Source of the DNA: Blepharisma stoltei ATCC 30299
Taxonomy: Eukaryota; Protista; Ciliophora
Length of the DNA stretch: 64,000 nt
Assembly: GCA_965603825.1 (NCBI GenBank)
Contig: CBFDEM010000032.1
Coordinates: 434,001 to 498,000 of the forward strand
Direction: 5' to 3'
How positions within the stretch are numbered: the stretch's first letter is position 1; the number at the start of each line of letters is the position of its first letter. The notes under the pieces were generated by a model. That model was not told where the DNA came from, made no database searches, and saw only the letters and a list, made by a program, of their open reading frames with translations. Both the position numbers and the translations under genes were made by a program. Positions 1-9,990 of this stretch are shown piece after piece.

Positions 1-215
1 AATTTTTGATATTAATCATCTTTCTTATCATCAATGGTAATCCTTGCCCGCAAGCATTGATTTTAATTATATAAAAATAATCAAGCAATGACTGCTAAAA
101 GTATAAAGTATAAAAATAGTTATCGTTGCTAATCTGGTAAAACAAATATATCTTCGCCAGATTTTTTAACGATTTTAACAGAAGTCTTTAATTAAAAATA
201 TGGATAATAATAAAT

Positions 216-815
216 ATGGATCTTGACTGGTCAGGAAGAGCTCACACAATATTAGAACAAACTTTAAATGAAATAAAGACCAGACTTGCCTCAGCAAGCT
301 GGAACCATATAGAAGAAACCAATACTATAGCAGTCTACAACACAAACATAGGAAATAGCTTCTTAGCCAAGGCAACAGGAACTATCAACACGTCTCCAGA
401 CAACCTTGTGAGGTTTTTCTCAGACTCAAATAATATCAGACAGTGGGTGGATAATCTAAAAAATGCAATTCAACTACAGCAGTCAGGAGATGTGAAACTA
501 ATCAAATATCAAATCCAAAATAAATGGCCTGTTGATGACCGTGAATTTCTTTATGTCACCAAATCATTTACCGAAGGAAACTTGACATACTTAATCGAAA
601 GAAGCGTTGATCTGCCAAATATCCCGACTGATGCCAAACATGTGAGAGGAGATTATATGGCTGGGTACATTTTTGAACCTCAAGGAGGGAATCTAACAAA
701 AACAACTCTTGTATTAAATTATGATCCCAGTGGAAATGTTCCTACAGCAATCAAGACAAGCATTTTGAATAAGCAAGCAAGTCGCCTTAAAGCTGCAAAA
801 GTTAATTTCGGATAA
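216..815 (+). CDS. START (StAR-related lipid transfer) domain protein, 199 aa
   Basis: Uninterrupted ORF from ATG to TAA. Contains START motifs (WPVDDREFLY, RSVD..P...HVRG, GYIFEP, DPSGNVP). Confidence 0.85.
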   Translation: MDLDWSGRAHTILEQTLNEIKTRLASASWNHIEETNTIAVYNTNIGNSFLAKATGTINTSPDNLVRFFSDSNNIRQWVDNLKNAIQLQQSGDVKLIKYQIQNKWPVDDREFLYVTKSFTEGNLTYLIERSVDLPNIPTDAKHVRGDYMAGYIFEPQGGNLTKTTLVLNYDPSGNVPTAIKTSILNKQASRLKAAKVNFG

Positions 816-869
816 CTATTTGTTAAAAATGAGGATTTATAAAAAAACTATTTTTTATCGATATAATTT

Positions 870-3326
870 TTAATTTTTTTTTTGAGGTTTCGTCATCTTC
901 TTCTTGTTCAATTGATGGCTTGCTATGGTTGCTTTATCTGATTGTAGAGATTTTCCTGGAGCTGGATTATGCTGTTCAGCAAGCATAACTTGATAAGAAG
1001 GAATGATATCTTCATTCATCTCATTTATCTGAGCCATTTGCTCCATATTTCTTTGATTTGAAAACATATATTGGTTCCAATTATTGATATTTTGCACTGC
1101 TTGACCATATTCTCCTTGTCGTGCCAAGCTTGCCGATTGTAATTTGCAATTTCTAGCCAGGACTTCAAAGTTAGCGTTTTGCATAATTTCTTCTTGATCA
1201 TCACTCACTTCAAAAATTTGGGTATCAACAAGCACACATTTCATGCCATTCATTTTCCTATGTTCAATAGTAACTTGGAATGGGACTTTTTCTAGATTTT
1301 CTGTGTTGTTGACATTATATTCAAAGGTAAACATGGTATCTTCAGTAACGTTTCCAAATTTTTTGATTAGTCTGGTCCCGCCTGGCTGAATAAGGGCTGG
1401 ATCTTGGTTTTTGAATGACAAAGCTTTGTGGAGATTCACAGTTACTACCACGTTTGTCGCCAAGATCTGCTGAGCCAAAATATTTGCGAAATCGGCAGAG
1501 ACGTCTTCAGGGTCAACTTTAGTAAGCTCTCCCCCTGTTTCTTCTACAACTTCAGCCAAACTTGCTAGTCTACAGTCTTCACTGGCTATAGAGATAACAG
1601 AAACACTTACACCTTTTTCCTTTGCAATTGTAGAAACTCTATTGTAATAAGAATTTGCTTGTGACAAATCTTGCAAATTTTCAAAAGACCCAATCCCTAC
1701 ATTAGCAATTCCATCTGTGCATATTATAACTTTGGACCCTGGCCCACCTTGTGAAGCAAGTCCTACAGAAACCAAAAGTGCAGGGCCTAGAGCAGTGGCT
1801 CCACCTTCCTCCAAGCCTAAAACTTTGCCACTCAGCTGTTCTTTTGTTTCATTGATCGTATGTCCCAAATATTCATTATGTTTGCGTTCAACCAAATTTA
1901 GTAGCCCATCAAAATTATTAAGCCTATCTCCCGTAATAGCAACAGTTTGGCTTCCATCTCCAATAATAGTAACTTCATTATTAAATGTGACAACTCCGAC
2001 ATGCCGATTAGGAGTTCCTCTTTGCATTTCAGTGAGCTGAGAATCAATAGCAGCTTGTAAACATTCAAGCCTTGACACATAAGTAATGTTTCTTTGTTCA
2101 CTAGGCATATATTGAGGGCCTTCAATGTCCATTCTAAATTGATTTTGCAAGTCTTTAAGCTTGTTAGTTTTCAGTAAAATATTACCTGAAACTGGCTGCG
2201 TCACACACATGGAGCCAGAAATATCAATACAAAATATGATAGTGGAATTGTCGTCTGGGCCTTGCAGTTGAGCTGCCACTTGTTGTGATGACTCGACAAG
2301 GTAGTTAAGTTTGCTTTGGGTAGGAATTTCTTCAGGCTCTAAATGGACTATATTATCGAAATTGCAAAATTCGCAGGTCCATTTTTGTTCTTCTTTGTCA
2401 GGAATTGGTGTCAATTTGCTGAAAAAATTAAATACTGCGTGGCATCCTTCACAGAACACAGGGTCACCAGTTGCAAAAGCATTTTGTTTAGCAAGTTCGT
2501 CCATACAAATTTCAGTAACATTTGCATCAAGATCTGGAGGTTGTTGAGGAATTCCTGGAAATGGTGGAAATCGAGGAGGAGCGCTAAACATTGGCTGTGG
2601 TATCATTGGAGGCATCACCTGAGGTATCCTTGGTAATTGGATAAATGCTGGAGGAGGAGGGGGTATAATATTTTGAATTGGAATTGGTTTTTGATCTTTC
2701 TGAGGAAGCGGTAGTGGAGGAGGCATAGGAATTATTTTAGGTGGATTAAAAGGGTTAATTTTGACTGGTGCTGGTTTCACTTCTCCAATTTTAACTTCTT
2801 CACTAGGACTGCTTTTGACTAATTTAACTTTTTTCCCTTTTAAGCTTGCATTGAAACCGAACCCAGGGCTTAATGATTCTGGCTGCAAAGCTCCTACATT
2901 TGCAGGCTGAGCAGGAACCTCTTTAGGCTTGCTGAATGAGAATAGCATATCATCAGAAACATTTGATTGAGGCGCATTCATCATATGAGGCATAGGAGGC
3001 GGAGGAGGCGGAGGCAAATTCATTAGACGCTGAGGTGAGGGAGATCCAAAAGAAGGTGCATAGTTAGGTTGATTGGCAGCTTGGCTAGGCTGAAAAAATG
3101 CTGGTGCCTTCTTTTGGGGAGCAGAAAAAGGAACATTGTTAAATTGAGGAGGTTGCATTGGATACGCATTCCCATATGGAACATTATACATTTGCTGGCT
3201 CTGCTGAGGCACGTTCATAAGGTATTGCTGATTTATTTGATGTTGGGCCTCAAATGGCTGAGCTGGAGCACTTTCCTGGGGCTGTGGTTTCTTTTTGGCA
3301 AAAACTTTATGGGCAGCAGATCTCAT
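870..3326 (-). CDS. Pro/Gln-rich N-terminus + Sec23/24-type Zn finger + vWA domain protein (resembles CPRas1-like vWA proteins, no Ras domain), 818 aa
   Basis: Zn knuckles CEGC...WTCEFC. MIDAS-like FCIDISGSM, GGATALGPAL and ICTDGIAN. Long poly-Pro N-terminal region. Confidence 0.75.
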   Translation of the reverse strand: MRSAAHKVFAKKKPQPQESAPAQPFEAQHQINQQYLMNVPQQSQQMYNVPYGNAYPMQPPQFNNVPFSAPQKKAPAFFQPSQAANQPNYAPSFGSPSPQRLMNLPPPPPPPMPHMMNAPQSNVSDDMLFSFSKPKEVPAQPANVGALQPESLSPGFGFNASLKGKKVKLVKSSPSEEVKIGEVKPAPVKINPFNPPKIIPMPPPLPLPQKDQKPIPIQNIIPPPPPAFIQLPRIPQVMPPMIPQPMFSAPPRFPPFPGIPQQPPDLDANVTEICMDELAKQNAFATGDPVFCEGCHAVFNFFSKLTPIPDKEEQKWTCEFCNFDNIVHLEPEEIPTQSKLNYLVESSQQVAAQLQGPDDNSTIIFCIDISGSMCVTQPVSGNILLKTNKLKDLQNQFRMDIEGPQYMPSEQRNITYVSRLECLQAAIDSQLTEMQRGTPNRHVGVVTFNNEVTIIGDGSQTVAITGDRLNNFDGLLNLVERKHNEYLGHTINETKEQLSGKVLGLEEGGATALGPALLVSVGLASQGGPGSKVIICTDGIANVGIGSFENLQDLSQANSYYNRVSTIAKEKGVSVSVISIASEDCRLASLAEVVEETGGELTKVDPEDVSADFANILAQQILATNVVVTVNLHKALSFKNQDPALIQPGGTRLIKKFGNVTEDTMFTFEYNVNNTENLEKVPFQVTIEHRKMNGMKCVLVDTQIFEVSDDQEEIMQNANFEVLARNCKLQSASLARQGEYGQAVQNINNWNQYMFSNQRNMEQMAQINEMNEDIIPSYQVMLAEQHNPAPGKSLQSDKATIASHQLNKKKMTKPQKKN

Positions 3327-3416
3327 CAGTAATATTTATTACATTTTCATTCTATAATTCAATAAAATAATCTAATAGATTTTCTAAATAATCAGCACTA
3401 TTAATTACTTTATAAA

Positions 3417-4652
3417 ATGCTAGGCAGATTTGCAAGAAGAGCTTATAAAGTGATGAATCGTGATGAATACAGAGAAAACATGAGGATTGCCCAGCTAGCT
3501 AGGAACGTTGACCGCCTCGAAATGCCTGATCTTCTTGCAGCCGATGGAGGTCTAATGAAAAGGGAGGAAAAGGTTTTACTCCATGCAGTCCCTGAAATTC
3601 CTATTAAGAAAGACGAAATTATTGACGACCCTTTATTTAACACCCTTTACACTTACAAGCCTGATTTAATTTATCTTCAGTTCAACCCTATGCACTACAT
3701 CACCAGGCAGCGATACATTTCATATCAATTAGCGATGAAGAATAACGAAGAATACAATAGAAAAGCTGCGTATTCATTTGATAATCCGATACCTTTAAGC
3801 TGGGACGAGTGCTGTGTGAATCTTATTACGCTAGATAGCATAACTCAGAATAAAAGTTATGAAGAATTGGATTATACTAAAGGCTTTGGAACATACTCAT
3901 ACCCGACTTTGCAAGCTTATGATATCCATAAGCAGCTAACGAATCCTTTTATTAATGCGATAACTGAGCACATTGCTGGAAGAGAATGGAGCAAATATCA
4001 TTATATCAATAATATCCTATATCTGGCACTTATGGGAAAATCTAAGGTTATCTTAGGAGACATGCCTGAGCAATTGTTACGTTTGCAGCTGGGAAATACA
4101 ATCCCTCTGGCTACAGTCAGGGAAATATATCACTTTGTCGTTGAAAAATTAAATGAGCATTACAAAGAAAACCCAGGCGTCTTGATGACAATGGAAGAAA
4201 TGACAATGAGCTATTTCCCACACATTTTTCAAATGCCAAGAGATCTTTATATCACTGCTATGCTTAAAGAAACCTTCCCTGCTGGAGCTTTAACAGCTGC
4301 ATTTTTAGGTAACCCTCACTATATTCCAATTCAAAGATATTGGGTTGGCCCTCCAATGGGGATTAACTATACACAAGCTACTTATGTCCCTCCAAAAATT
4401 CCAAATGAGACTGAAGAAATGCTAATTGAAAAGCAAGCTTTATTTGACATGCTGCTAGACACAAAAGTATGGGGCGCAAAATATGTGACAAATCCATTTT
4501 TGTATTTGACTGAATCCATTGAGGATATTCCTAAAAAAGATTTAACTTATTTCAAGAATTATTTCAAGCAAATCACGTCTCAGTATAATGAGGTGAGAAA
4601 CCAAAAATTGAAATTCCCTGATAAGATGCTTGCAGAGGAAAAAAGTAATTAA
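3417..4652 (+). CDS. Probable mitochondrial TraB-family-like protein, 411 aa
   Basis: Arg-rich presequence-like start MLGRFARRAYK. TraB-like motifs KPDLIYLQ, KVILGD and PRDLYITAML. Confidence 0.55.
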   Translation: MLGRFARRAYKVMNRDEYRENMRIAQLARNVDRLEMPDLLAADGGLMKREEKVLLHAVPEIPIKKDEIIDDPLFNTLYTYKPDLIYLQFNPMHYITRQRYISYQLAMKNNEEYNRKAAYSFDNPIPLSWDECCVNLITLDSITQNKSYEELDYTKGFGTYSYPTLQAYDIHKQLTNPFINAITEHIAGREWSKYHYINNILYLALMGKSKVILGDMPEQLLRLQLGNTIPLATVREIYHFVVEKLNEHYKENPGVLMTMEEMTMSYFPHIFQMPRDLYITAMLKETFPAGALTAAFLGNPHYIPIQRYWVGPPMGINYTQATYVPPKIPNETEEMLIEKQALFDMLLDTKVWGAKYVTNPFLYLTESIEDIPKKDLTYFKNYFKQITSQYNEVRNQKLKFPDKMLAEEKSN

Positions 4653-4752
4653 GTTAGATTAACTTTATTGATAAAAAATGTGATTTTTGAATGGCTTAAG
4701 CTTCAATTATTTTCTTATAAAAAACCAATAAATCCTAAAATTCGTTAAAATA

Positions 4753-4992
4753 TTAAGCGCTTGCCAATTTGTCTTGAGAAAAGAGCTTGCTTAAATGCTC
4801 ATTCGCTTCATAGTATTTGAAAACACACCTATCTACGCAGTTTTTCTCTCCATTGCTCAAATCAGCTGTCTTATATTCAGGAATGCATTTCTTTAAACAG
4901 TTTTTTTGCATGCTATATTGATGTTACCCCAACATAAAATCTTGATTTATTTTCGCAATCTTCTGAGGAGGTAAATTTCCAAATTGATTCAT
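4753..4992 (-). CDS. Small Tim chaperone (Tim10/Tim9 family, twin CX3C), 74 aa; absent from the ORF track
   Basis: Removing a 15-nt intron at 4913-4927 (gtaacatcaatatag, with an in-frame TAA if retained) gives MNQFG...MQKNCLKKCIPEYKTADLSNGEKNCVDRCVFKYYE, ending in TAA. Confidence 0.88.
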
Positions 4993-5041
4993 GAAAACAA
5001 TATAAGCAATATGGCTTTATTAAGACTTTTATAAGCCAATA

Positions 5042-5659
5042 ATGCAAATGATGAGACTTTTCTTATTACTTTTCACTGTTGTTTTCAGCCAAACTTTGGT
5101 GGAAAACTTGTTTCAAAAAATAGAAAAAACGAAAGGAAAGATTACGATAGAAGCTGGAGCGGCACTGGTGAACTTAAATGATGATGAACTTGATTTCTTG
5201 CTTTATAACTCAGAAGAAGACTGGGTTATTCTATTTTATGACTCATCAGAAAAGTCAGCGTTTTCTGTGAGCTCAACTTGGAACTTGGCAGCAAGGTATA
5301 TAAAGTACGAGGGATATAATGTTACTTTTGGAAAAGTAGATATAAAGAACTATAGCAAAAATTTCAAGAGATTGAGACTTTATAATCATCCAAGTGCTGT
5401 TTATGTGACTCATGGAACTTATTATAACTTGACAATGGGATTTGAGATGGAAGAGGTCCTGTCAATGATCAGAAACCAGACATACTTAGCATATCCCAAT
5501 AAAGAACTGCCAATTTCGACCCATGGTGTATTGGGACTGATGTCATATTTTTATGTTTGGCACTTTTTGTCTGGCTTTGCGATTTCTATATTTTTAACTT
5601 TGGGAGCCTCAAAGTTTTTAAAAATGTTGAAAAAGCCTAAAGCCAAGAAAAATATTTAA
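5042..5659 (+). CDS. TMX-like thioredoxin-fold ER membrane protein lacking CxxC, 205 aa
   Basis: Signal peptide, then DWVILFY...W...A...VTFGKVD thioredoxin-fold pattern, a C-terminal hydrophobic helix and a KKxx ER-retrieval end (KKNI). Confidence 0.7.
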   Translation: MQMMRLFLLLFTVVFSQTLVENLFQKIEKTKGKITIEAGAALVNLNDDELDFLLYNSEEDWVILFYDSSEKSAFSVSSTWNLAARYIKYEGYNVTFGKVDIKNYSKNFKRLRLYNHPSAVYVTHGTYYNLTMGFEMEEVLSMIRNQTYLAYPNKELPISTHGVLGLMSYFYVWHFLSGFAISIFLTLGASKFLKMLKKPKAKKNI

Positions 5660-6071
5660 AAATTATTTGAAGAAGTAATTAAAAAATTGATTATAAGAAT
5701 TTAAACGAAAATTTAACTTAAACTTTAAGTAGTAAGCTTATTTAAAATGGGTTCACTTCCCTATGAATATGGAGCTTAGAATTCTTATGAATTGTGCCAA
5801 CGAGATGAATTATTATAATATTGTAAAGGGTTTTTAAGTCTATATATTTTTTAAAATCACATAAAAATAAAAGTATCTTTATGTAATTTCTGAATATGCT
5901 GTTATCGTGCTCTCTCAGTATTTTCTTATCATAAAATATTTTTTAACACAATAAAGGTCCCAATAAGCAATGATCAGATCACTTAGTGTTATTAAAAATT
6001 AAAATAAATATAATAATTCAAATTATTTTTTTCCAAAAATATTACAATGATTATTAAACGGTATTATGCTT

Positions 6072-6785
6072 TTATATATTATCTCCAGCAATATTGATAC
6101 GAGATTGAAGTGTAAGATCCATATTAAAATCTGCGATTTCTTCCAGCTGAGGCATCTTTACTTCACATTCCTCTTTGCTGTCCTCTAATGCTCTTAATTC
6201 AGATTGAGTTCTATAAAAGTATCTTTTTATTTTCATTTCAGCCTCTCTCAATCTTTGCAAATTTTGCTGCGAGGTCATTGAAGCCAATAATTTTTTTTCT
6301 AAATTTAATTCTTCTTTTTCAGCAATCTGAACAATTGAAAAAGTAATATTTATTGCAATACCCAAATTTTCGATTAATTTAGGTCTTACATTTTCTAATA
6401 CTTCTTTGCACAATAGCAAACTTTCTGTGTAACTTCTATAAGACATAAAGAGAGGGCTATCTCCATTATACTCTAAATACGGGTATTCTGAAATAAAATT
6501 GATTTCTTCACCATCAGCCTTTAAAGTGGCAATTAGCATTTTGAATGGAATTCCAGGGTAGATTTCTTCGCACTGAGAGCCGAAGTTCAGCTGCTGGTAA
6601 AACTGTTTTTTGTTGTGTTTAAAGGAGCGCATATTTGCAAATGCTTGAGATGTCAAAGATTCGCAAGTTGTGTAGAAGGTGTCAATTTTAAGGATACCGG
6701 TTCGATAAAACTGGATAAATCCTGAGCCGATTTTTGACTTACAAGAGTTATCGGATTTTCGGCAATAGCTTATATTACAGCCCAT
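6072..6785 (-). CDS. Hypothetical protein with MGC N-terminus (possible myristoylation/palmitoylation), 237 aa
   Basis: Uninterrupted ORF from ATG to TAA, flanked by AT-rich DNA. No family recognised. Confidence 0.6.
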   Translation of the reverse strand: MGCNISYCRKSDNSCKSKIGSGFIQFYRTGILKIDTFYTTCESLTSQAFANMRSFKHNKKQFYQQLNFGSQCEEIYPGIPFKMLIATLKADGEEINFISEYPYLEYNGDSPLFMSYRSYTESLLLCKEVLENVRPKLIENLGIAINITFSIVQIAEKEELNLEKKLLASMTSQQNLQRLREAEMKIKRYFYRTQSELRALEDSKEECEVKMPQLEEIADFNMDLTLQSRINIAGDNI

Positions 6786-7846
6786 TTAAAAATAATAATT
6801 GTTGTGACTTGTGGCTTCTTTTATATCAAAATAAACCAGTTTAAGAAGAGTATCATTACTAAATTTTAATTAATTAAAATTCAAATGATTAATAAAATTA
6901 TATGAGGCCTAAAATGTTTTGTGAAAAAAAAATAGAAATACTTATAAAATTGTTTAAAAATTTAAAAGAAGGAAGTGCATTATATATTTTTTTTTCATTC
7001 CACTCTTATCTAAATATTCATTCACAAGAACCTAATCAAAATTTATGAGAAACAATATATATATTTCAATCTATTTCATAAAATAAAATTTTCAATATTA
7101 TGCTCTAGTTCTGCTTTGCCATCATTTTCACAATTGCACAATTTCCTTACTAAATCATAAGTTCATTTGCATATATTGTTAAATTGGATATTCATAAATT
7201 AATAGGCCTTCTATATCTCTAAAAAGATAAATTGTCCTTTGCAAACTTTTATGCATTCCTAATGTGCTCAATAAAAAGCAGGATTGTCTTGTGAAATAGT
7301 TTATGTATTAAATAAGTCATCAAAAATTTTCACAGGCAGCGATATATCTTTGAATATTTGGGCTAAATTAGTACTGATGCTTTAGATCTGCTCATCATCC
7401 GTTTAAAATACAGCAGGTCTGAAAATGAATTTATGATAATTTAAGTCAGCATTTATTTGAATATATTTGCATTATAGATAATTAAAAAATTCATATTCGC
7501 AGTGATGAAAATGATAGAAAGGGCGAGTGTTCAGAAAATATTCTCAATAATACAAAATTGCAAAGAATATTAAAAGATTTTAATAACCCTTAACAAAAAA
7601 TATAAAAAATGCCTTTATATTTAATTCCAGTTACTAATACTCGAACAATTTTCGCTTGGCCTAGCTATTGCGTAAAACAATTGGACTCTATCTGGTGCCA
7701 TGCCTTTGCATGTGTATTCGTTCCGACTCCTTATATTTTTTCAACATAATTATAAAAGCATCATATTTAAAAATATAAATTTTAATTATGATTAAATATT
7801 GGAATGGTTGATTTATGCTATTAAACTCAAAAATTTACCAAAATTC

Positions 7847-9896
7847 CTAAAGATTGGCATCATTAACAAACTGCTCTACTACTTCCTTTATTCTTCTATC
7901 CCCTAAGCCTTCAGTCCTCGATAGTAACTTTTTAACATCGAACCCAGGATAAGGATGTCTGGCTAGCATACACATAGCCTCATAAATCATTTGATTTTCA
8001 ATAAAAGCATCAGTTAGGACGTCAAAGGCTCTCATTCTATATAGCATATCTACAGCTAACTGTAAAGCTGGCGGATAATAATTAGGATTATTAGGTGTTG
8101 CCAGCGTTATTAATAAGCTCGCAAATTCTTTTGTGTCATTGAAAACATTATACTGTACTAATTGATGCAATAAATTGAGGTTTTTACCTTTTACTAAGAC
8201 TTTTGCTAGCAAAATTTGTAAATCTAGATGAACTTGTAAATCTTGGTCAACTAAAGTGCGATGATACTCCAATATTACAGATGATAAATAGCTGATACTT
8301 ATAGAGCCATCTAAAAATAAAGGATGGAATACTATTGACATTAGATCACTTTGAAATAGAACAGTCATCCCTGTTTCTAACCTCATTTCAGATTCTCCGT
8401 CTGCGTTTTGAAATAGCGAATATTTTCTTGGTGAGTTTGTTTTGCTAAGTGAAGCTGACATACTTGCCCTTCTCCTTAGGTCATCATTCTGAGAGCTTCC
8501 TTTTCTCTCCAGAGCTGCAATTTTATAAACTCTGTTTATAGTTGAAAAAAGGTAGGAAACGCCTTTTAAGTCTACTTTTTTACGTAAATAGTGCTTTAGC
8601 AATTCAAAGGCTTGCTTTTTGCATCCAATTCTGCGAAGCAAAAACAGAATTGATTCAATAGGGTCTGGGTGGTGTTTTACAAGCTTATCAGGAAACAGCT
8701 GCAGTTTATAACATCGACCATTTTTTATATCAACACAAGCGTCGTGATCAACATATATTAATGAAGGATCTAAGGGCATAGGACAATCTATGACTTGACC
8801 ATTTTTTCCTGATGTGTTATCAAATTCTTGCAAGGTCGAAATTTGTTTGCCATCAAATAATAATGTAGGCAATACTATAATATTAGGTTTTTCGATAATA
8901 ACTTTCATTTTGTATGTCATTGTTGGAGGATCCAGCGACATTCCATTTCACAGTGTGCAAAAAGGTTTAGCGCTATAATTTTCGCTTTTTATATCAAAAA
9001 TATAAGTTTCTTGTAAAGTGTAATTAAATATCAATAAAAGGTTGTCTATTGTGCATATTCCGTAAGCTCCGGGCTTAATTTTTATTGTTTCTCTATCTAA
9101 AGCTACTTTCTCATGAGTCAATTTATACAAATTTAGCTGCCCTTTTACGCAATTTCCATGAACTAGATACACTGACTCATAAATTTTCAGCAGCTCAACA
9201 TGATGCGGGTCTTGCTCTGTGTTATTTTCAGTGTCTTTTATGTTCTTTACATTTGTTTGGTCACTTGTTCATTTATCTGTTACTGAAGGATTAATATCAA
9301 TAAAAAACCTCGGTCCGTGGAAAAATTTGGGTCCTTTATCTTGGTATACAAAAAAAGTATCAATTTGTCCTAATTTCGGTGGGGAAGCTGCTACCACAAG
9401 AACTCCATCGCTTGGCTCGAATCAATAATGCCCTATATTAATTTGATATCCTCTTATATTAGAAAATTTCAAGCTCGCTTCAGCTAATTTGTAAAATTCG
9501 ACTCCAGCGTTAGTAACCATAACAAAATCACAAAAAGCTGACCTCTCACCTGTTCAATGATAGCCTAGAATTTTACGATTTTTCCCACCAATAATCTGCG
9601 TGTGGTCTTGTGTTTCTAAATTGAGGACATCCTAAATTATTTTTACAAGCTCATGATTAGACCGTTGAAATGCAACTATTTTGTTATCTTGAGAAAGACA
9701 GAGCGAGAGTAATTTTAGACTGAGTAAATCGTTACCCATATCCTTGTAAATCTATGTAGGGATATGTCACAAGATCATCTACCCCTTTAGAGTACATATA
9801 TTGGAATTTCTTTAATATAAGCCTTCGCTGGCTTGGATTATAAAAAAGTTCGACATCCTGTCCATGCTGCCATCTCTCGACAAGGCCAAGCTCCAT
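7847..9896 (-). CDS. RMC1: Regulator of MON1-CCZ1 complex (RMC1/Mic1-like), about 672 aa
   Basis: One frame after reading TGA as Trp and removing introns 9720-9735 (16 nt) and 9632-9646 (15 nt). N-terminal LSQDNKIVAFQRS, ILGYHW, VTNAGVEFY and IDNLLLI motifs. C-terminal Mic1-like LHQLVQYNVFNDTKEFA...QLAVDMLYRM. TAG stop. Confidence 0.75.
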
Positions 9897-9990
9897 ATTA
9901 CATGCTATTCATTTCGGTTAAAGAGAAAATGATTTTATAAATTAATTAAATGAAAATTTATTTGAGGTAAAAAGTTATTAGAAATTCTAT

